Below are positions 61,615-64,000 of a stretch of 64,000 bases of DNA, one piece after another (positions within the stretch are counted from its first letter, which is position 1; every line of letters starts with the position of its first letter). The position numbers and the translations under genes were made by a program. The stretch is taken from assembly GCA_963849325.1 (NCBI GenBank), contig CAWKHF010000006.1:352001-416000 (forward strand), given 5' to 3'. Origin of the DNA: an uncultured Planctomycetota bacterium (lineage in GTDB: Bacteria; Planctomycetota; Planctomycetia; Gemmatales; Gemmataceae). The notes beneath the pieces are model-generated. The model was not told the origin of the DNA, did not search any database, and worked only from the letters and a program-made list of their open reading frames with translations.

Positions 61615-62352
61615 TCACGACCGCAGCCGTTGCCGATAGAGCTGCTGATAGAGTTCTTCGCATTGTTCGTGCAGACTGCGCAGCGAGTCCGGAATGGGAT
61701 CGGACTTGGGTGTATACGGCTGAAACGTGGTCGTTTTCTCGACGGCGGCATACCAGTATTTCGCCCAGACGCCATCGGTCGGCCGCCGGCCCGGCGGCCA
61801 GGACAGCATCGTCTCGGTGAACGGAACATTCAGCGCGTCACAGAGCAGGCCGAGGATGCGACGAGGATTGTCGAGCACGTCGCGCGCGTCGAGGACTGGT
61901 GGTGTTCGTCCGCTGCGCGTCTGCACTTGCCGGAAGATTTCGAGCTGCTGCGGCAGTCCGGTGTCGGCGAGAGTGGGTCGCGGAAGGAAGTGCAACAGCA
62001 ACGTCAGCATCTCGCGCGGCTGGCGGATCAGGAAGCAATTCGTCACCCGATCGAGCCAGCCGCGTTCCATGTCCGGCAACAGATGATGGGCCATGTGCTT
62101 TTGATAGAAGATCGTCTGGCCTTCGGGGACCGGCCCGATCAGCCAGGCGACGACTTTGCGCCAGTCGTTCTCCTGATGGCGGATGACCTCGTCGGCACCA
62201 GGGTGAGCAATCCTCGTTTGCACGAGATAATGGGCGTAGAACGGCTCGTCGCAGACAACGGTGTCGGGCCGATTGCCCCACGAGCGCATGAGCGCCGTGG
62301 AGATGTTGCGCGGCCCCGACCACATGGCGATGCGTAAGGACGTTTGGCTCAT
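61615..62352 (-). CDS. Sulfotransferase-like P-loop protein associated with aminotransferase IV
   Basis: IAMWSGPRNISTALMRSW, DEPFYAHY, YQKHMAHH. Confidence 0.82.
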   Translation of the reverse strand: MSQTSLRIAMWSGPRNISTALMRSWGNRPDTVVCDEPFYAHYLVQTRIAHPGADEVIRHQENDWRKVVAWLIGPVPEGQTIFYQKHMAHHLLPDMERGWLDRVTNCFLIRQPREMLTLLLHFLPRPTLADTGLPQQLEIFRQVQTRSGRTPPVLDARDVLDNPRRILGLLCDALNVPFTETMLSWPPGRRPTDGVWAKYWYAAVEKTTTFQPYTPKSDPIPDSLRSLHEQCEELYQQLYRQRLRS

Positions 62353-62392
62353 GCTGTCCTCGGACGGGGCACGAACCGCACCGGAGTTCGGC

Positions 62393-64000
62393 TCACCGTG
62401 TTTCGACCGTCACGGCCATGACGATGGGGGCGGTACGGTCGCTTCCCTTGAGCAACTCAATCTCCTTGATCGTCTCCGCGCGCTCGGGGGTGATGGCGAA
62501 ATAGCGAACCTGTCGTCCGCGCAGGTCGAAGGCGAACTGCGAACCGGGCACGTCCACGCGGCGGATGTAGTCGGCGAAGTGTTCGCCGTTCTTCAAGGCG
62601 TGGTCCTCCGTCTGGCCGTCGGCGTAGTGCAGGCGCACGATCATCGATACGGAGCCTTTCGCGCCACCGGGGTAGCCCCAGCCACTGACGCCGCCGAGGA
62701 AGTGGATCGCCCGCGCCGCCGTGTTGCACGGCAGTGTCACCGACTTCGGCATCTTCGGCGGAAACGTGCCATTGCTACTGTTCAGCAGGATGACGTTCTT
62801 GACGCGGCCCTTCTGCGGATCGACCATCTGAAACGGCACGCCGTTGAACGTCTTGGGCTTCCAATCGGGGAAGCTCAGGCGTTCGGCGCCGGCGTCCTTG
62901 CTGTAGAACATGCCCTGCGTGCTGACGATGGTGGCGGCCTTGTCCAGCGGGATCAGCACGAATTTGCCCTTGGCCGTCAGGAACTCCAGCACGTTGACGA
63001 TGTCGTCCTTGCTCAGCTGCTTCTCGAAACCTTCCGGCATGATGGTGCGGTTGGAGGCGATCATTTCCTCGATGTCCTCGCGGAGGATGACGCTCCGTTT
63101 CGCCTCAGCGTCCACCACTTCGATCGCCGTCTTCGTTTCGGAGGCCAAAAGTCCGTTATAGACTCGCCCCGCCTTCGTGGTCACGGTGTACTGGCGATAA
63201 TTGCCCTCGACGGAGCGATTGGGATCGAGCATCTTTTGCAGAATTTTGCTCTTGGGGTGGACGTTGAAGCCGGTCAGGTTCGGGGCGATGGTCTCGCCGG
63301 TGTCGCCGTGACGGTGGCACTTGGCGCAGATGTTCTTGAAGACCTCGAAGCCCTTGTGTGGATCGCCGGTCTTCTCGACGAGCGGCAGGTATTCGTCGAG
63401 GACTTTCTGCCGATCGGGGCTGGGCAGCCGGCCGCCGCGAGCGAGGATAGCGCGAGCACGGTCGGCGATCTTCTTATCGGGGTGGTTGGTCAACTGCTGC
63501 GATTGATCGAGGCTCAGGTCGGTCGCCGAAACGGTCCCCTTGTCGAGAGCATCGAGCAGAACATTGGACCATTCGGGGCGGCGCAGCAGGATGGCAGCGG
63601 CCTGCTGGCGCAGGCGCGGCGTCAGTTGGTTCCAATAGGCAACGAGGACGGCGGCCAGCTCGGGAGTCGTCGCCTGCCCGGCGGCGTCGAGAATGCCGGA
63701 CGAGAGGGTCGGACTCGCCTTGGGCGATGCCTCGGCGAGCAGACTTTCGAGCACGGTACGGTCGGGCTGCATCTGGGCGAGGCGCTGGGCGGCCTCGATG
63801 CGTTCCTTGTCGGACTTTTTCTCGTCGGCGACGAGGGCAAGGAGCGATTTGCGCAGCCCAGCCATCGCCTTCTCGAAGCGCGGGGCCAGCCCCCAGCGGC
63901 CGGCCAGCGCGGCCAGATTTAACTGGCCATTGGGGCCAAGTCGCCCCATCAGAGCGACGAGATCGTCGCGCGCGTGCGCTCGTCGAGTTTCGGCGTGTTG
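62393..64000 (-). CDS. PVC-type heme-binding CxxCH protein, C-terminal part (start outside window)
   Basis: GDPHKG.EVF..ICAKCH, APNLT, LDPNRSV, MPEGFE. Confidence 0.8.
   Translation of the reverse strand, partial: QHAETRRAHARDDLVALMGRLGPNGQLNLAALAGRWGLAPRFEKAMAGLRKSLLALVADEKKSDKERIEAAQRLAQMQPDRTVLESLLAEASPKASPTLSSGILDAAGQATTPELAAVLVAYWNQLTPRLRQQAAAILLRRPEWSNVLLDALDKGTVSATDLSLDQSQQLTNHPDKKIADRARAILARGGRLPSPDRQKVLDEYLPLVEKTGDPHKGFEVFKNICAKCHRHGDTGETIAPNLTGFNVHPKSKILQKMLDPNRSVEGNYRQYTVTTKAGRVYNGLLASETKTAIEVVDAEAKRSVILREDIEEMIASNRTIMPEGFEKQLSKDDIVNVLEFLTAKGKFVLIPLDKAATIVSTQGMFYSKDAGAERLSFPDWKPKTFNGVPFQMVDPQKGRVKNVILLNSSNGTFPPKMPKSVTLPCNTAARAIHFLGGVSGWGYPGGAKGSVSMIVRLHYADGQTEDHALKNGEHFADYIRRVDVPGSQFAFDLRGRQVRYFAITPERAETIKEIELLKGSDRTAPIVMAVTVETR

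Noticed and set aside
1-64000. CRISPR array or cas genes
   Set aside because: No regularly spaced 23-50 bp repeats with unique spacers and no Cas-like ORF seen; the heptamer arrays have no spacers.

Overview
GC-rich bacterial DNA, most likely from a planctomycete (four DUF1559 prepilin-like genes, PSD1/DUF1501 pair, PVC-type heme protein). The left ~28.4 kb is the right-hand part of an integrative mobile element inserted at the 3' end of tRNA-Ser(TGA); its other end lies outside the window. Its core is a large serine recombinase whose ORF runs into the tRNA, an HTH/excisionase-like gene, a VirD4-type coupling protein, an orphan ParB, a MOBF (TrwC) relaxase and three tiny paralogous membrane peptides. 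No mating-pair-formation genes are visible. Its cargo includes an operon behind a ~220-nt hairpin with three candidate DNA-modifying enzymes (TGT/DpdA-like, Mom-like GNAT, amino-methyltransferase), a two-partner secretion pair, a resolvase/WGR pair and several orphan proteins with basic, type IV signal-like C-termini. The right ~35.6 kb is host backbone (ECF sigma/anti-sigma, truD, tatC, dprA, superoxide dismutase, ABC transporter, cytochromes), with REP-like palindromes, heptamer-repeat hairpins and an 89-bp MITE interrupting an Rpn-family gene. Many single-base frameshifts, even in housekeeping genes, suggest uncorrected sequencing errors. All family assignments come from motif recognition by eye, not database searches.
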